A model generated the notes under the pieces. It ran no database searches and was not told the origin of the DNA. It saw only the letters and a program-made list of their open reading frames with translations. DNA of 41,683 bases, from the IMG/VR virus record IMGVR_UViG_3300048597_000189, positions 1 to 41,683 of that record; one strand, written 5' to 3'. Shown piece by piece: positions 16,391 to 26,088 of the stretch. The stretch is from a virus. Lineage: Duplodnaviria; Caudoviricetes. Positions within the stretch are counted from its first letter, which is position 1; every line of letters begins with the position of its first letter. The position numbers and the translations under genes are program-made.

Positions 16391-16738
16391 TCACTCGTCG
16401 GTTGTCGGGGTGCGCCGGCCCTTGCGGGCGGCGTCAGGGGCGGTGTCTGCAGGGGCGTCCGGCGCAGGCGCGTCGCTCGCGAGGATCTGCGCCTCGGCGC
16501 GCGCTTTCTCCTCGGCCTCGGCTTCGGCTGCGGCGCGCGCTTCCGCCGCGGCCTTGACGGGATCGGCCGCGACCAGGTCGCCATCCTCGAGGCGACGGCG
16601 CACGAACTGCGAGGCGTGCGTCCAGTCGCCATGGACTGGCCAGGGCGAGCCGTCCGCGCGGCGCAGGGAGACGCCCTCCGCCGGCTTGAGGAACAGGTCG
16701 CCGCCTGTCGGGTCAGGGTTTCTGGGCAGATCGGTCAT
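16391..16738 (-). CDS. DUF2635-like protein (Mu gp38 position)
   Basis: FLKPAEG...RRRLEDGDLV; ATGA overlap. Confidence 0.75.
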   Translation of the reverse strand: MTDLPRNPDPTGGDLFLKPAEGVSLRRADGSPWPVHGDWTHASQFVRRRLEDGDLVAADPVKAAAEARAAAEAEAEEKARAEAQILASDAPAPDAPADTAPDAARKGRRTPTTDE

Positions 16739-17322
16739 GGCCTCACCTCGAAAGGGTTCTGTGGCTGTTGGGGCTGTGCCGGGGGAGCGCCCCAGTCCTC
16801 GCCATCGGTCGAGAAATTCGCGAGTACGCGGAGGAAATCCGGCTCGCTGGCGGTGGCGTTGAAGTAATCGCCCCAGGCGAGATTGATCTCGATGTCGACC
16901 GTGGCGATCGCCATCGACAGATCGTCGAAGCCTTCGGCATAGGTCTGCCCGACGCCGGTGACAAAGAACGTGCCGAGCCCGTCCTTGGTGTGGCCTTGGA
17001 TCAGCGCCACCGCCGCGCCGATGGCGGGGAACAGGCCGGGCCCGCGCGCGTCGCCCAGGAAACGCTTCGAGCGCTGCGACTGGTTCTTGACGATGATCGT
17101 CAGGCGCATTTCGCATTTGCCGGTGAAGCGCCGGCCGGGCGAGGCGACCGGCGTCAACCCCATCCAGGAGAGCGCCAGCATCGGCGTGTTGCCGACGACC
17201 GACCGGAACTCCCCGGACGTCATCGGGTGCGGCGTCAGCTCGAAAAACCACTTGTTGCCCGGGAATGCGGTGCGGAGCCTCGCCTCCAGCGCCGTGACGG
17301 TGGCGGTGAACGGGTCCATCAC
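16735..17322 (-). CDS. Tail completion/terminator-like protein (Mu gp37 position)
   Basis: Position between gp36 and gp38; coupled overlaps on both sides. Confidence 0.65.
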   Translation of the reverse strand: MMDPFTATVTALEARLRTAFPGNKWFFELTPHPMTSGEFRSVVGNTPMLALSWMGLTPVASPGRRFTGKCEMRLTIIVKNQSQRSKRFLGDARGPGLFPAIGAAVALIQGHTKDGLGTFFVTGVGQTYAEGFDDLSMAIATVDIEINLAWGDYFNATASEPDFLRVLANFSTDGEDWGAPPAQPQQPQNPFEVRP

Positions 17323-17747
17323 CAGCGCCTCAGCTCGTCATGGCCGAACATGCGCGGCCGGTCGAGCGCATCGGCCCGCCCGCCCTGCGAGGGGGCGGCC
17401 GCGCCTTCCAGCGTGACATAGCCTTCCGCGATCTTGTTGAGCCAGGAAACGACGTCATTGCGGTCATTGCGCATCTGCGTCGAGGGCTCGCGGTCGCCGC
17501 CCGTGGCGAGATCATAGCGTGCGAGGATGCACACCGCCCGCGTCACCTCGGCCGGAATGGGGGCCTGAAGCGGGACGCTGACGCGCCGCCTCAGATAGCC
17601 CTCGACCATGGAGGTGGCGTCGTCCAGGGCGCGCAGCACCGGGGCATCGACGATCAAGTCGGGCAGGTCGCCGCCATTCGCCGAAAGCCGGAGAACCTCC
17701 ACTTCCGTGAACCGGTCGATCATGTCCTGGATCGTCGCATAGGCCAC
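17319..17747 (-). CDS. Head-tail connector (Mu gp36/gpJ, DUF1320)
   Basis: MAYATIQDMIDRF, ALDDATSMVEGYL, CILARYDL. Confidence 0.9.
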   Translation of the reverse strand: MAYATIQDMIDRFTEVEVLRLSANGGDLPDLIVDAPVLRALDDATSMVEGYLRRRVSVPLQAPIPAEVTRAVCILARYDLATGGDREPSTQMRNDRNDVVSWLNKIAEGYVTLEGAAAPSQGGRADALDRPRMFGHDELRRW

Positions 17748-17779
17748 AGCCTGTCACCCCTTCTGGTCGCCCTTGCAGG

Positions 17780-18022
17780 TCAGCTCGCGTCGGCCTCGCC
17801 GGCGCTATCGATCACCGTCAGCAGCGGCTCCGCCCTGAGGAGCTTGAGCTGCGCGGCGGTGAAGGCGCCGGCCGGATGGGTGACATCGCCGGTATGGGCG
17901 ATGCCGGCGCGGCGCAGGCCGTCCTTGCGCGAGATGATGCGGACGCCCTCGGCCGCGGCCTTGGCGGCCTTCGGCTTCTTGACGTTCTCGGCGGCGGGAT
18001 GGGTCTGGTTGGGGTCGGACAT
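17780..18022 (-). CDS. HI1506/gp35-like small head-associated protein
   Basis: IISRKDGLRRAGIAH...FTAAQLKLLRAEPLL. Confidence 0.75.
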   Translation of the reverse strand: MSDPNQTHPAAENVKKPKAAKAAAEGVRIISRKDGLRRAGIAHTGDVTHPAGAFTAAQLKLLRAEPLLTVIDSAGEADAS

Positions 18023-18120
18023 GATGGTCTCCGTTTGGGTTGCCGTCCTCTCTGAAGCCGCCGGGGATGAGCCGGCGGCTCTGACAGGACGTCGCCGTCA
18101 GGCAATCAGGCGAGGCGGGA

Positions 18121-19020
18121 TCAGGCCAGGAAGGGACAGACGAGCAGCTCGGCGGTGCCCTTGTAGACGTTGGTGGCTCCGGCCGCGTCGCGCTCCGCGT
18201 TGAGGATCTCCAGCGCCTGGCCCTCAAGCGAAGGCGGGACGACCAGGAGGCGGGGCTTCAGGCCGAGCGGGCGGTCGAAGTCGCCCTTCATGCCCATCAT
18301 CGCCTCGCGGGCGATCTTGTAGTTCGCCTTGGTGAGGGCTTGCTTCGAGCCCCAGCTCGTCTGCCAGAAGCCAAAGCCGACATTGTGCCGGGCGTCGACG
18401 CCGTAGACATATTCCTTGCGGTCGAAGACGTTGTCGTCGGTGTCCTGATCCTTGCGGACCAGCTTCCACGCCTTGCGCTTCTGCAGGATCAGGGGCTTGA
18501 GCGCCCGGCTGTCGTCGATCAGGAACCAGGGCGCGCCTGCGCCGCCATCGGTGTTGGCGATGGACGTGATGTTGCCATTGGCGTCGAGAACCGGGTGGTC
18601 CGTGTCGAAGAAATACTGGCCGTCATAGCAGAAGCTGGCGAAACCGGCCTTGAGCAGCCCGAAGACAAGCTCGTCATAATGCGCACCGGACGCCGCGCCG
18701 AGTTCGGTGAACATCGGGGTGTAGATGCCGATATTGTCGTCCTCGATGTCGTCGCGGTCGACGGAGATCGTGAGCTCGTAGCTCTTGTTGCGGATCGCGT
18801 ACCCGGAGCTCGAGATGCCGTGGACGACGCGGTCGCCGACCCATTCGCGCACACGCGGCATCTTGCCGAGCCAGCCATACTCGTTCTCCTTGGTGGTGGA
18901 GGTGACGGGCGTCGCGACGCGGGCATGCTGGGAGGCGCCCGCCGAGGTGAGGCCACCCTGAAAGGCTGTGTTGAAGGCGATGCCGAGGGTGCGCATCGTG
19001 GCGGCGTTGATCTGGGGCAT
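18121..19020 (-). CDS. Major capsid protein (Mu gpT)
   Basis: YGWLGKMPRVREWVGDR, DIEDDNIG, CYDGQYFFDTDHPV, FGFWQ. Confidence 0.97.
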   Translation of the reverse strand: MPQINAATMRTLGIAFNTAFQGGLTSAGASQHARVATPVTSTTKENEYGWLGKMPRVREWVGDRVVHGISSSGYAIRNKSYELTISVDRDDIEDDNIGIYTPMFTELGAASGAHYDELVFGLLKAGFASFCYDGQYFFDTDHPVLDANGNITSIANTDGGAGAPWFLIDDSRALKPLILQKRKAWKLVRKDQDTDDNVFDRKEYVYGVDARHNVGFGFWQTSWGSKQALTKANYKIAREAMMGMKGDFDRPLGLKPRLLVVPPSLEGQALEILNAERDAAGATNVYKGTAELLVCPFLA

Positions 19021-19048
19021 TGGACTGGCTCCGGGAATGGGTTGGGGA

Positions 19049-19462
19049 TCAGAGACCGAGGCGGACCCAGACGCCCTGGGCGTCCACATCCATCACGCGG
19101 CCCGCGACGGACCTGGTGTTCGTGCCGTTGGTCTTGGCGACGGTCTGGTCATCGACGATGAAACAGTCGCTGCCGATCTCGGTGGCGGCGATGGCGTCGC
19201 CCGCGGCCGAGTTCGCGAAGCGGAAGATGCCGCGCCGGATTGTGACGTCGATGGCGCCGGCGGAGCCCGCGCTGTTGTCGGCGAACTTCTCGACGCGGCC
19301 GAGGCCCTTGATCGTCGTGGCGGTCGCGCCGGGCGTGGCGCGGCCTGCGGCGTCAAGCGCGGCCAGCGCGCCGACGTAGAACTTCTTCGCGGCGGCGGCG
19401 GGAAGGACGATCAGCTCGCCATTCTTCTCGGGGGTGTTGCGGTCGGCGGTCAGGGCGGCCAT
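19049..19462 (-). CDS. Head decoration/cement protein
   Basis: MAALTADRNTP, CFIVDDQTV, GVWV; lies between protease and capsid genes. Confidence 0.75.
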   Translation of the reverse strand: MAALTADRNTPEKNGELIVLPAAAAKKFYVGALAALDAAGRATPGATATTIKGLGRVEKFADNSAGSAGAIDVTIRRGIFRFANSAAGDAIAATEIGSDCFIVDDQTVAKTNGTNTRSVAGRVMDVDAQGVWVRLGL

Positions 19463-19491
19463 GTCGGTTGCTCCGGTTCAGCTTGGGCGCG

Positions 19492-20601
19492 TCAGAGGCG
19501 CGCGGTTTCAAGTTCGGCCTTCGATTTGGCGAAGGCGGCCTGGTCGATGCCCATCAGCTCGCAGACCTCGGCCTCGTCCGCCGAAAGCGAACCGGGCGTG
19601 CCGGCACCCGCATTGGGGTCGCGGGGCGTCAGGCCGCCCGCATGGATCGAGGCGAGCGCGGCGAGTTCTTTCTCGACGCCGGCCGGGTCCTGGGCATGCC
19701 GCGTGATGTAGTGGTCGCGCAGCGGCTTGATCGGCTTGCCTGCGGCGATCGCAGCGTCCACCACGGCGGTGGCCTTGTCCTTCGCCGTGCTGGCGGTGAG
19801 GGTCTGGATCTGCGACTGCAGGGAGATCACCGTCTTGCGCAGATCCTCGGCATCACCCTTGCCCGACAGGGCTGCCTGAAGGCTCGTCACGATCTCGTCC
19901 GCGCCGGCGCCCTCCTTGAGGCCGGAGGCGACGGCGATCTTCTTGCGGTCGGCTTCAGCCGCCTGCAGGGACGTCTCGATGGCCGTGAGCGACCCTTCCA
20001 GCGTCTCGTTTTCCGGGCGGCCGGCGGCCTTGATGAGCGCGGCGACGCGCGACTGCGCAGTGTGCATCGAGGCTACTGCGGCGAGCGCCGCCTCTTCGGT
20101 GGCGACCGTGAGGCCGATCGCAGCCGCGATCCTGGCGAGAAAATCCATGGCGGTGGTCCCTTGGCTGTGAAGTGTCTTGAGGGGGAGATTGGGGTCGTTG
20201 ACGAGGCTGGCGCGCAGCACACGGACGACGCGGCCGCCCTCGCGCGTCGTGGAGATGCAGGGCGAAATGCCGCGATAGGAAAGGTCGGTGAGCAGCGCCT
20301 TGCCGGCGGCGGTCCATTCGGTGCGGCCCCAGATGCCATCGGTGCGGGCCTGCATCTCGACGATCCAGCCACGCGCCGGCGAAGGCCCGCCTTTGGGGGC
20401 AGCGAGATCGATGGCGTGGTTCTCGTCGACAGGGAGCTTGCCGGTCGACATCGAGGAAGAGATCACCGCATCGGCGTCCTCCAATGTGAAAGGGCCTCGT
20501 CCATCCGCGCCACGGAACGTCCCTGCCGGCACCAGATGAACCCATTCGGGGATCTGGCCGTCGAGCGAGGATGCGTGCAGGGTGATGGCGCTGGCGTTCA
20601 T
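19492..20601 (-). CDS. Prohead protease I with C-terminal scaffold Z (internal start likely at 20148)
   Basis: WVHLVPAG, LPVDENH, PARGWI, YRGISP, LVNDPNL; internal AAGGGA SD before MDFLARI. Confidence 0.92.
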   Translation of the reverse strand: MNASAITLHASSLDGQIPEWVHLVPAGTFRGADGRGPFTLEDADAVISSSMSTGKLPVDENHAIDLAAPKGGPSPARGWIVEMQARTDGIWGRTEWTAAGKALLTDLSYRGISPCISTTREGGRVVRVLRASLVNDPNLPLKTLHSQGTTAMDFLARIAAAIGLTVATEEAALAAVASMHTAQSRVAALIKAAGRPENETLEGSLTAIETSLQAAEADRKKIAVASGLKEGAGADEIVTSLQAALSGKGDAEDLRKTVISLQSQIQTLTASTAKDKATAVVDAAIAAGKPIKPLRDHYITRHAQDPAGVEKELAALASIHAGGLTPRDPNAGAGTPGSLSADEAEVCELMGIDQAAFAKSKAELETARL

Positions 20602-20609
20602 GCCTGGCG

Positions 20610-20655
20610 AAGATGCGCTGGCGCGCGCCTGCGCCGCCACGCCCCGCCGCCGGGG
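20610..20655 (-). promoter_or_regulatory. Putative late promoter (PI-like)
   Basis: CCCCGGCGGCGGGGCGTG + 22 nt + CATCTT + 8 nt + ATG. Confidence 0.6.
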
Positions 20656-20723
20656 TGGCCTCAGCCGATGGATGTCGGGATTGAAAAGGCCTTCAACGCC
20701 GCCTCTCGGGCGGCGGCGATGCG

Positions 20724-21269
20724 TCAGCGACGCAAGGCGCGGCCTGATGATCGCCCGGAACCGGCCGCGCGATCAAGATGCAAGACGACCTGCTCCTCGA
20801 TGACCTCGGTTTCGTCGGGTCCGATGCCGAGATAGGGCCTTGCCGGGATGGTGACCGAGCGCGCGAAAACGACGCGGTTGCCGCCCAGACGGAAGACCAG
20901 GCTGCCGCTTGCCTTTGGCTTGATGGTCGCGCCGAACTGATGGACGGCGGCATGCACCGCATTGGTGCCGATGGTGACGCTGCTGGAGGCGGCGCGGAAT
21001 GTGAGCGAGCCCTGCAACCCGCCACGCATGCCGCGCTCGCGCAGGATGCCCGCTCCCTTCTTCACGAATGCATAGTCCGGGTTGAGCGGCGCCCATTTCT
21101 GCAGGTCGGGCGAAAGCCCCCGGTCCATGCGGCCCTGCGTCGTGTCGCGCACCCCTATTCCGATGGCGCGCATTAGCGGGGCGCTGTCCCTCAGTGCGAG
21201 GCCCAGCCGCTGCAGCGCAGCGCGCGCGGCAGCGTCGATGACATGGGTGGTGATGACGATGCCGGTCAT
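20724..21269 (-). CDS. Virion morphogenesis protein (Mu gpG)
   Basis: KWAPL, IGTNAVHAAVHQFG, IPARPYLGI. Confidence 0.93.
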   Translation of the reverse strand: MTGIVITTHVIDAAARAALQRLGLALRDSAPLMRAIGIGVRDTTQGRMDRGLSPDLQKWAPLNPDYAFVKKGAGILRERGMRGGLQGSLTFRAASSSVTIGTNAVHAAVHQFGATIKPKASGSLVFRLGGNRVVFARSVTIPARPYLGIGPDETEVIEEQVVLHLDRAAGSGRSSGRALRR

Positions 21270-21466
21270 CGTTCGCCGGGTTCGGCCCCCGAATATCCAG
21301 CGAACAGGCGGTCCATTTCCGCTGCATGGCGCTCGGCCGTCTCGACCATGTCTTTCAGGTCGCCCAGTGCACCGCCGCTGTATCGCCCGCGATCAGCTGG
21401 CCGCCCACTGACCGCGACGAGGCGATCAAGCAAGGCCCGCTCCTCGGCTTTCTTGTCGCTGGTCAT
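21266..21466 (-). CDS. Small hypothetical protein, candidate immunity protein for MuF-ART
   Basis: 66 aa; ATGA overlaps with both neighbours. Confidence 0.55.
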   Translation of the reverse strand: MTSDKKAEERALLDRLVAVSGRPADRGRYSGGALGDLKDMVETAERHAAEMDRLFAGYSGAEPGER

Positions 21467-22737
21467 TCGATCACCTCGATCACGATACGGTCCGCGTCTC
21501 TCTGCAAGAGGCGGAAGCGGGATCCGCGCGCCAGCAGCATCTCATACTGCCGGGCCCTCGGCTCCACATCGGGTTGAATATACGCTGCCTTTGCGCCCTT
21601 GGGAATCATCACCTCAATGATCCGCCCATCCGGTTGCGGAGCCATCCGTTTTGCGGTCAATCGCTGGAGCGTGGTGGCGGTATAGCCCAGGTCGGCGAAC
21701 TCACCGCCAACCTCGACACCATTCAGAAAATCGAGGTTTCGGACGCCCCGCCATGTCCAGAGGTCGCGTGGTGCGCGTGCTCTGGAAAGCGCGGCGTCGA
21801 GATCCTCGACATCCTGCTTGAGGATACCGAGATCCCGCGCCGCCCGCAGGCGCTCGTTGATCGCGGCGGCGTTCGGCCGGATCCAGCTGGAGATCGCGGC
21901 CCGCTCTCCGGCGGCCAGGCCTTCCGTCCATGGCGCGTAGGCCGCGCGCATGGCGTTGTGCCCTTCGGCCGCGTTGGCGGCGCGCCAGATGCCCGTCGCC
22001 ACCCCCCCAGCGGTGGCGGCGGCAATGGCTGTCGCTGCCCGGTCGCGCTTGATGTCAGCCCATGTCCGGCCGGGATTGTAGTCAAAGCCGGGATCCACGC
22101 CCTCTGAGACCGATTTGACCTCGCCCGTCGCCTTGTCGACCCAGCCGCGCCTGACGCGTTCCGGCCCCTTGTCCGGTGCCTTGCGGCCCATGCGCCTGAG
22201 GCCGCCCTCCGAGACGACGCGCACCCGGCACCCGCAGCCCCAGCCATTGGGGGGGTAGGCCCAGCTCCAGAACGGATCGTCGGCGCGCAGGACCAGCCCG
22301 TTCCAGGCGAGATGCTGCAGACGCGGATGCTTCGCGCCCGAATGGACATATTGCCAGTAGGGATAGGCCTTCAGCGTCGCCGGGTCGGTCATCTGGGCGT
22401 GCCGCCCCGCCGAATAGGCCATCGACAGATTGGTCTCGTAGATCACCCGCGCCCGCCAGCCCGGCTTGCCGGTGTGTTCCCAGCCATGCTTCCTGACGAT
22501 CTCGTCGAAGCGGGCCCGCCACTGCTCCCTCGTCTCGCCGCGTTCGGCCGCCGTGATGACCTCGCGCCGGAAATCATCGACCAGCGCCTGGCGCGCCGCG
22601 CCGGCCACGGAGAAGCTTTTGACATTGGCCTTGCGCCAGATGTCCGTCCATGTGCCCGATGGCACGGCGGTCTTCTGGCGCAGGTAATCCAGCGCCTCGT
22701 CGAAAGGTAGGTCAAGGGCCTCGGCTAGCCCGCTCAT
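21463..22737 (-). CDS. MuF minor head protein with C-terminal ADP-ribosyltransferase domain
   Basis: MuF: IYETN, PYWQY, HPRLQH, PPNGWGCGCRV, DPGFDYNPG. ART: INERLR, WRG, GYTATT, IPKG, QYEMLLARG. Confidence 0.85.
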   Translation of the reverse strand: MSGLAEALDLPFDEALDYLRQKTAVPSGTWTDIWRKANVKSFSVAGAARQALVDDFRREVITAAERGETREQWRARFDEIVRKHGWEHTGKPGWRARVIYETNLSMAYSAGRHAQMTDPATLKAYPYWQYVHSGAKHPRLQHLAWNGLVLRADDPFWSWAYPPNGWGCGCRVRVVSEGGLRRMGRKAPDKGPERVRRGWVDKATGEVKSVSEGVDPGFDYNPGRTWADIKRDRAATAIAAATAGGVATGIWRAANAAEGHNAMRAAYAPWTEGLAAGERAAISSWIRPNAAAINERLRAARDLGILKQDVEDLDAALSRARAPRDLWTWRGVRNLDFLNGVEVGGEFADLGYTATTLQRLTAKRMAPQPDGRIIEVMIPKGAKAAYIQPDVEPRARQYEMLLARGSRFRLLQRDADRIVIEVIE

Positions 22738-22891
22738 GACGACCCCGCGATAGCTGGCCGCTGGCCGGCCTCGGGGCCGCGCCGCCTCACTGGCCCGCAG
22801 AAATCCGCCTTGCGCCTGAAAACCCGTTTAAAACCGATTTCTCGGCGCATCCGGTGCGTGAGGCTCGCCGGCCGCGCGCCGCCCCGCCGGA

Positions 22892-24460
22892 TCATCGCTC
22901 GATCTCGTCCAGAAGCGCCGCCTGGCCGGCCAGATGCGCGAGCGCCAGCCCTCGCGCCATTGCTTCCGCGAACTCGGCTTCGGGCAGCTTCAGCGCGGCG
23001 AGCCGTTCGGCGAGATCGGTGAGGTCGGCGGCGGCGTCCATCTCGGCCCTGACCGCTTCGACCATGCCGGAGAGCGCCCCGGCCGCATCCTCGGCGAGCC
23101 GCGTCTGCAGCCGGTCGACGATGGCGGGATCGGGAGCGCTGGCATGGCGCGAGACGAGTTGGCGGGCGATCTCCAGCCCGTCACCCGGCGCGCCTTGTGA
23201 GGGCCTCACCCCGCCGATCACCTCGTCCTTTGCGCCCGGCTCCGAGAGGCCAAGCCGGTTTCGGACTTCGCTCGCCTTCGCCTTGCCGCCATGCTTCGCA
23301 AAAATGTCGAAGCCGTTGACGAAGTCCTTGATCGGCAGTTCGTCGGGCCGTCCGATCATCAGGCGCGGATATTTCTCCTGCGGCCCGAAGTTGAACGCGA
23401 TGATGTTGGGCACGAGCTGGCGGCGCAGCGTGGTGGCGAGCGTCTTGGCGTCGGCCCGCTCGATGTCCTCCTGCACAAGGCGGTGCTCCTGGCTGACGGC
23501 GTGCCCGCCGGAGACGGCGTCGGTGGTCGTCGTCTGGCCCAGCACCAGCTTGGAGATCTGGCGGTCGAGCCAGTCGGCCCGCTTCTCATAGAGCTCGCCC
23601 GATTTTGACGCGTCCTTGAGGGCGACGAACTCGATCTCCATGCCCTTGGGGATGATCGCCGCGCAATCGCCCGCGATGTTGCGCACCGCCTGGCGCAGCA
23701 CGGCGATGTCGGTTTCGGACGCGTTGCGGTCATAGCGGCCGACGCGGATTGGCGCACCATAGTTCTGGGTGAAGATCGCCCAGTCCTTCGCGGTGAAGCT
23801 CTTGTACATCCAGCTCCAGGAGGCGACGCGGGCGAGGCCCGAGCGGATGGTGAGGCCGCTCTTGGCCTTGTGCCGATGCACGATGAACTTGACCGGGCTC
23901 AGCGGCTCGCGCGTCGTCAGCTCCTGCAGGCGCAATGTCTCGCCATCGATCTCGTCGAAATGGAACCATTCGGGCCGGCGCCACTCGATCAGCTCCGGCT
24001 CGACGCGCTTGGCCGTGCTCGACCAGGTGATCTCGCAGACCGAATAGCCCTTGCCGATGGCGTCGAGCATGTCGAAGAGCGCTTCGTCGAGCACACCCCC
24101 GCCCAGCCAGTCGCGGATGAAGGCAGCGTGCTCGGCATGGTCCTTGTCGTCGCTCGCCGCCTCGATCGTGACCGGCAGCTGCGCCACCTGGCGCCGGCGC
24201 GTGCCGAGCACCGAGAGATAATGCGGGTCGCGCTCCTCGATGTCCTCTGCGAGCTCCAGCCAGGTGCGCGCGTCCCCATTGGCCGCAGCCTTGTGGATGG
24301 CGGCGAGCCGCCAGGGCGTGAGCCCCTCGGCGGGGTGCCCGGTGTGGGGCTGGCGCACGCCCGTCAGGCTGGGGCCGGCCTTCGGCTCGCCGAACAGCTC
24401 GTCGAGATCAACAGGCCGGCCATCAGGCCCCAGCACGCGCGAAAGCCTCGCCATGATCAC
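22892..24460 (-). CDS. Portal protein (Mu gp29/gpH, DUF935)
   Basis: LAEDIEERDPH, DAIGKGYS, YGAPIRVGRY, ISKLVLGQT. Confidence 0.95.
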   Translation of the reverse strand: MIMARLSRVLGPDGRPVDLDELFGEPKAGPSLTGVRQPHTGHPAEGLTPWRLAAIHKAAANGDARTWLELAEDIEERDPHYLSVLGTRRRQVAQLPVTIEAASDDKDHAEHAAFIRDWLGGGVLDEALFDMLDAIGKGYSVCEITWSSTAKRVEPELIEWRRPEWFHFDEIDGETLRLQELTTREPLSPVKFIVHRHKAKSGLTIRSGLARVASWSWMYKSFTAKDWAIFTQNYGAPIRVGRYDRNASETDIAVLRQAVRNIAGDCAAIIPKGMEIEFVALKDASKSGELYEKRADWLDRQISKLVLGQTTTTDAVSGGHAVSQEHRLVQEDIERADAKTLATTLRRQLVPNIIAFNFGPQEKYPRLMIGRPDELPIKDFVNGFDIFAKHGGKAKASEVRNRLGLSEPGAKDEVIGGVRPSQGAPGDGLEIARQLVSRHASAPDPAIVDRLQTRLAEDAAGALSGMVEAVRAEMDAAADLTDLAERLAALKLPEAEFAEAMARGLALAHLAGQAALLDEIER

Positions 24461-26088
24461 AATCCTCCTCTGAGACGCGGCATCATGGCGTCATCGCCAT
24501 CGGCGTCGTCCGCGTCATCGGCAGAACGCCGCCAGTCAGGCTCGCGCCGCAGCGCCTGGCCTGGCGAGGCCAGCGCCTCATAGCCGTAGGAGCCGATCTC
24601 GCCCTTGGTCGCCATGAAGGCGAGCAGGCCCGCAATGGCGCTGTCGCCATGGCGGAACTCGCCATCCTGTCCCTTGACCTTGTCGTCGGACATGGTGGGG
24701 AAGCCGTTGCGGAGCACGACCAGGCGGTGATCAGCGATGACGTCCTCGCCGGCGGGCAGTTGGAAAGACGCCTCCTCGAGCGCGGCGCGGTAATCAGGGA
24801 AGGCCAGCGCATACCATTGCAGCGTCGCCTTGACGCAGACGATCTTGTCGACGCCAAAATGTTGCTGGGCGGCCTCGGCATGGCTCTGGCCATTGCCGCG
24901 CGCGTCGAGCTGGCCCTGCTGGAACAGCGGGCAGGCCTTGATGATCTCGAAGAGCAGCCATTGCTGGACGTCGAACGGGATGCGCCGCAGCTCCAGCTGA
25001 AAGGAGGTGCACCACCGCGCCAGCCCCTGGTCCTGCGCCACCATGATGACCGACAGGTCGCCGTCGCGGCCGAAATCCTGCCCCAGCACCGTGCGCCTGC
25101 GCGGATCGAGCCTGTCAAGCACAGGCTTGAGATTGTCGGCGAACCACAGCTTCGCCTCGTCGAGCCGGCGGTCGTCGAGATACCAGCCCTCGCCCTTGGC
25201 GTAGGCAATGATGGGCACGCCCGCCACCTGCGCCTTCTGGACGAGCGCGCGCGGCAGATAGACGCCGGACGACTTGCGCGGGATCGCCTCCAGCTCCTCG
25301 TCGCGCGCCTCCGTGCGCGGGCCATAGGAGCGGAAGACCGTCTGCAGCCATGCCTTCTTGTCTGCGGACTTGGGGGCTTTGCCATCAATCAGGCAACGCC
25401 TCTCATACAGGCCATTCCGGACGGCTGCCGAGAACGGAATGTGATGCAGCGAATAGTCATAGAGCCCGGCCCTGCAGTCCTTGACCAGCTGGTTGAACGG
25501 GCTGTCCTCGCCATTATGCGTCGAGATGATGCGGATCTTGCCGCCCCAGATCAGCAGCGCGTTGACCGCCTCCAGCACCTCTCCAACGTCCTTGTGAAAC
25601 GCAGCCTCGTCGATGACGACGATGCCCTGCAAGCCACGGATGTTGGACGGCCGCGACGACAACGCGACGATCTGGAACCCGGAGGAGAACGAGATGCGGT
25701 AGGCCGCGATGTGTTTTGTCTTGCCGTCCGGCTGTTGATCCTCGAACAGGAACTCGTCGACGCTCGACAGCTCCTTCGCGACGATGCGGGCCATATGGGC
25801 GACGTAGCGGATGAACTCGCGCCCTTTGTCCTTGGTGTCGCCGATATAGAAGACATTGTCGCCGCCGGCGGCGCGTGCCGAGGCTGCGGTGATCGTGTCA
25901 TCCAGCGCCTCGGCATAGGTGATCCCGGTGCGGCGCCCCTTGACGCAGAGCTTCAGGGGCGAGCGATCCTCGATCCAATCCCTCTGGTGTGCCATGAGGA
26001 TGCCGTCCGCCAGCGGGTCATGGCCCTCCGGCAGTTCGGCGACGGGCACGAGCTCGTCAAGGATGGACGGGGTGCGGGTCTCATCCAC
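24457..26088 (-). CDS. Terminase large subunit (Mu gp28)
   Basis: KGRRTGITY, LSSRPSNIRG, IDEAAFH, ISTHNG, GQDFGRDGD, HGDSA. Confidence 0.96.
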   Translation of the reverse strand: MDETRTPSILDELVPVAELPEGHDPLADGILMAHQRDWIEDRSPLKLCVKGRRTGITYAEALDDTITAASARAAGGDNVFYIGDTKDKGREFIRYVAHMARIVAKELSSVDEFLFEDQQPDGKTKHIAAYRISFSSGFQIVALSSRPSNIRGLQGIVVIDEAAFHKDVGEVLEAVNALLIWGGKIRIISTHNGEDSPFNQLVKDCRAGLYDYSLHHIPFSAAVRNGLYERRCLIDGKAPKSADKKAWLQTVFRSYGPRTEARDEELEAIPRKSSGVYLPRALVQKAQVAGVPIIAYAKGEGWYLDDRRLDEAKLWFADNLKPVLDRLDPRRRTVLGQDFGRDGDLSVIMVAQDQGLARWCTSFQLELRRIPFDVQQWLLFEIIKACPLFQQGQLDARGNGQSHAEAAQQHFGVDKIVCVKATLQWYALAFPDYRAALEEASFQLPAGEDVIADHRLVVLRNGFPTMSDDKVKGQDGEFRHGDSAIAGLLAFMATKGEIGSYGYEALASPGQALRREPDWRRSADDADDADGDDAMMPRLRGGL

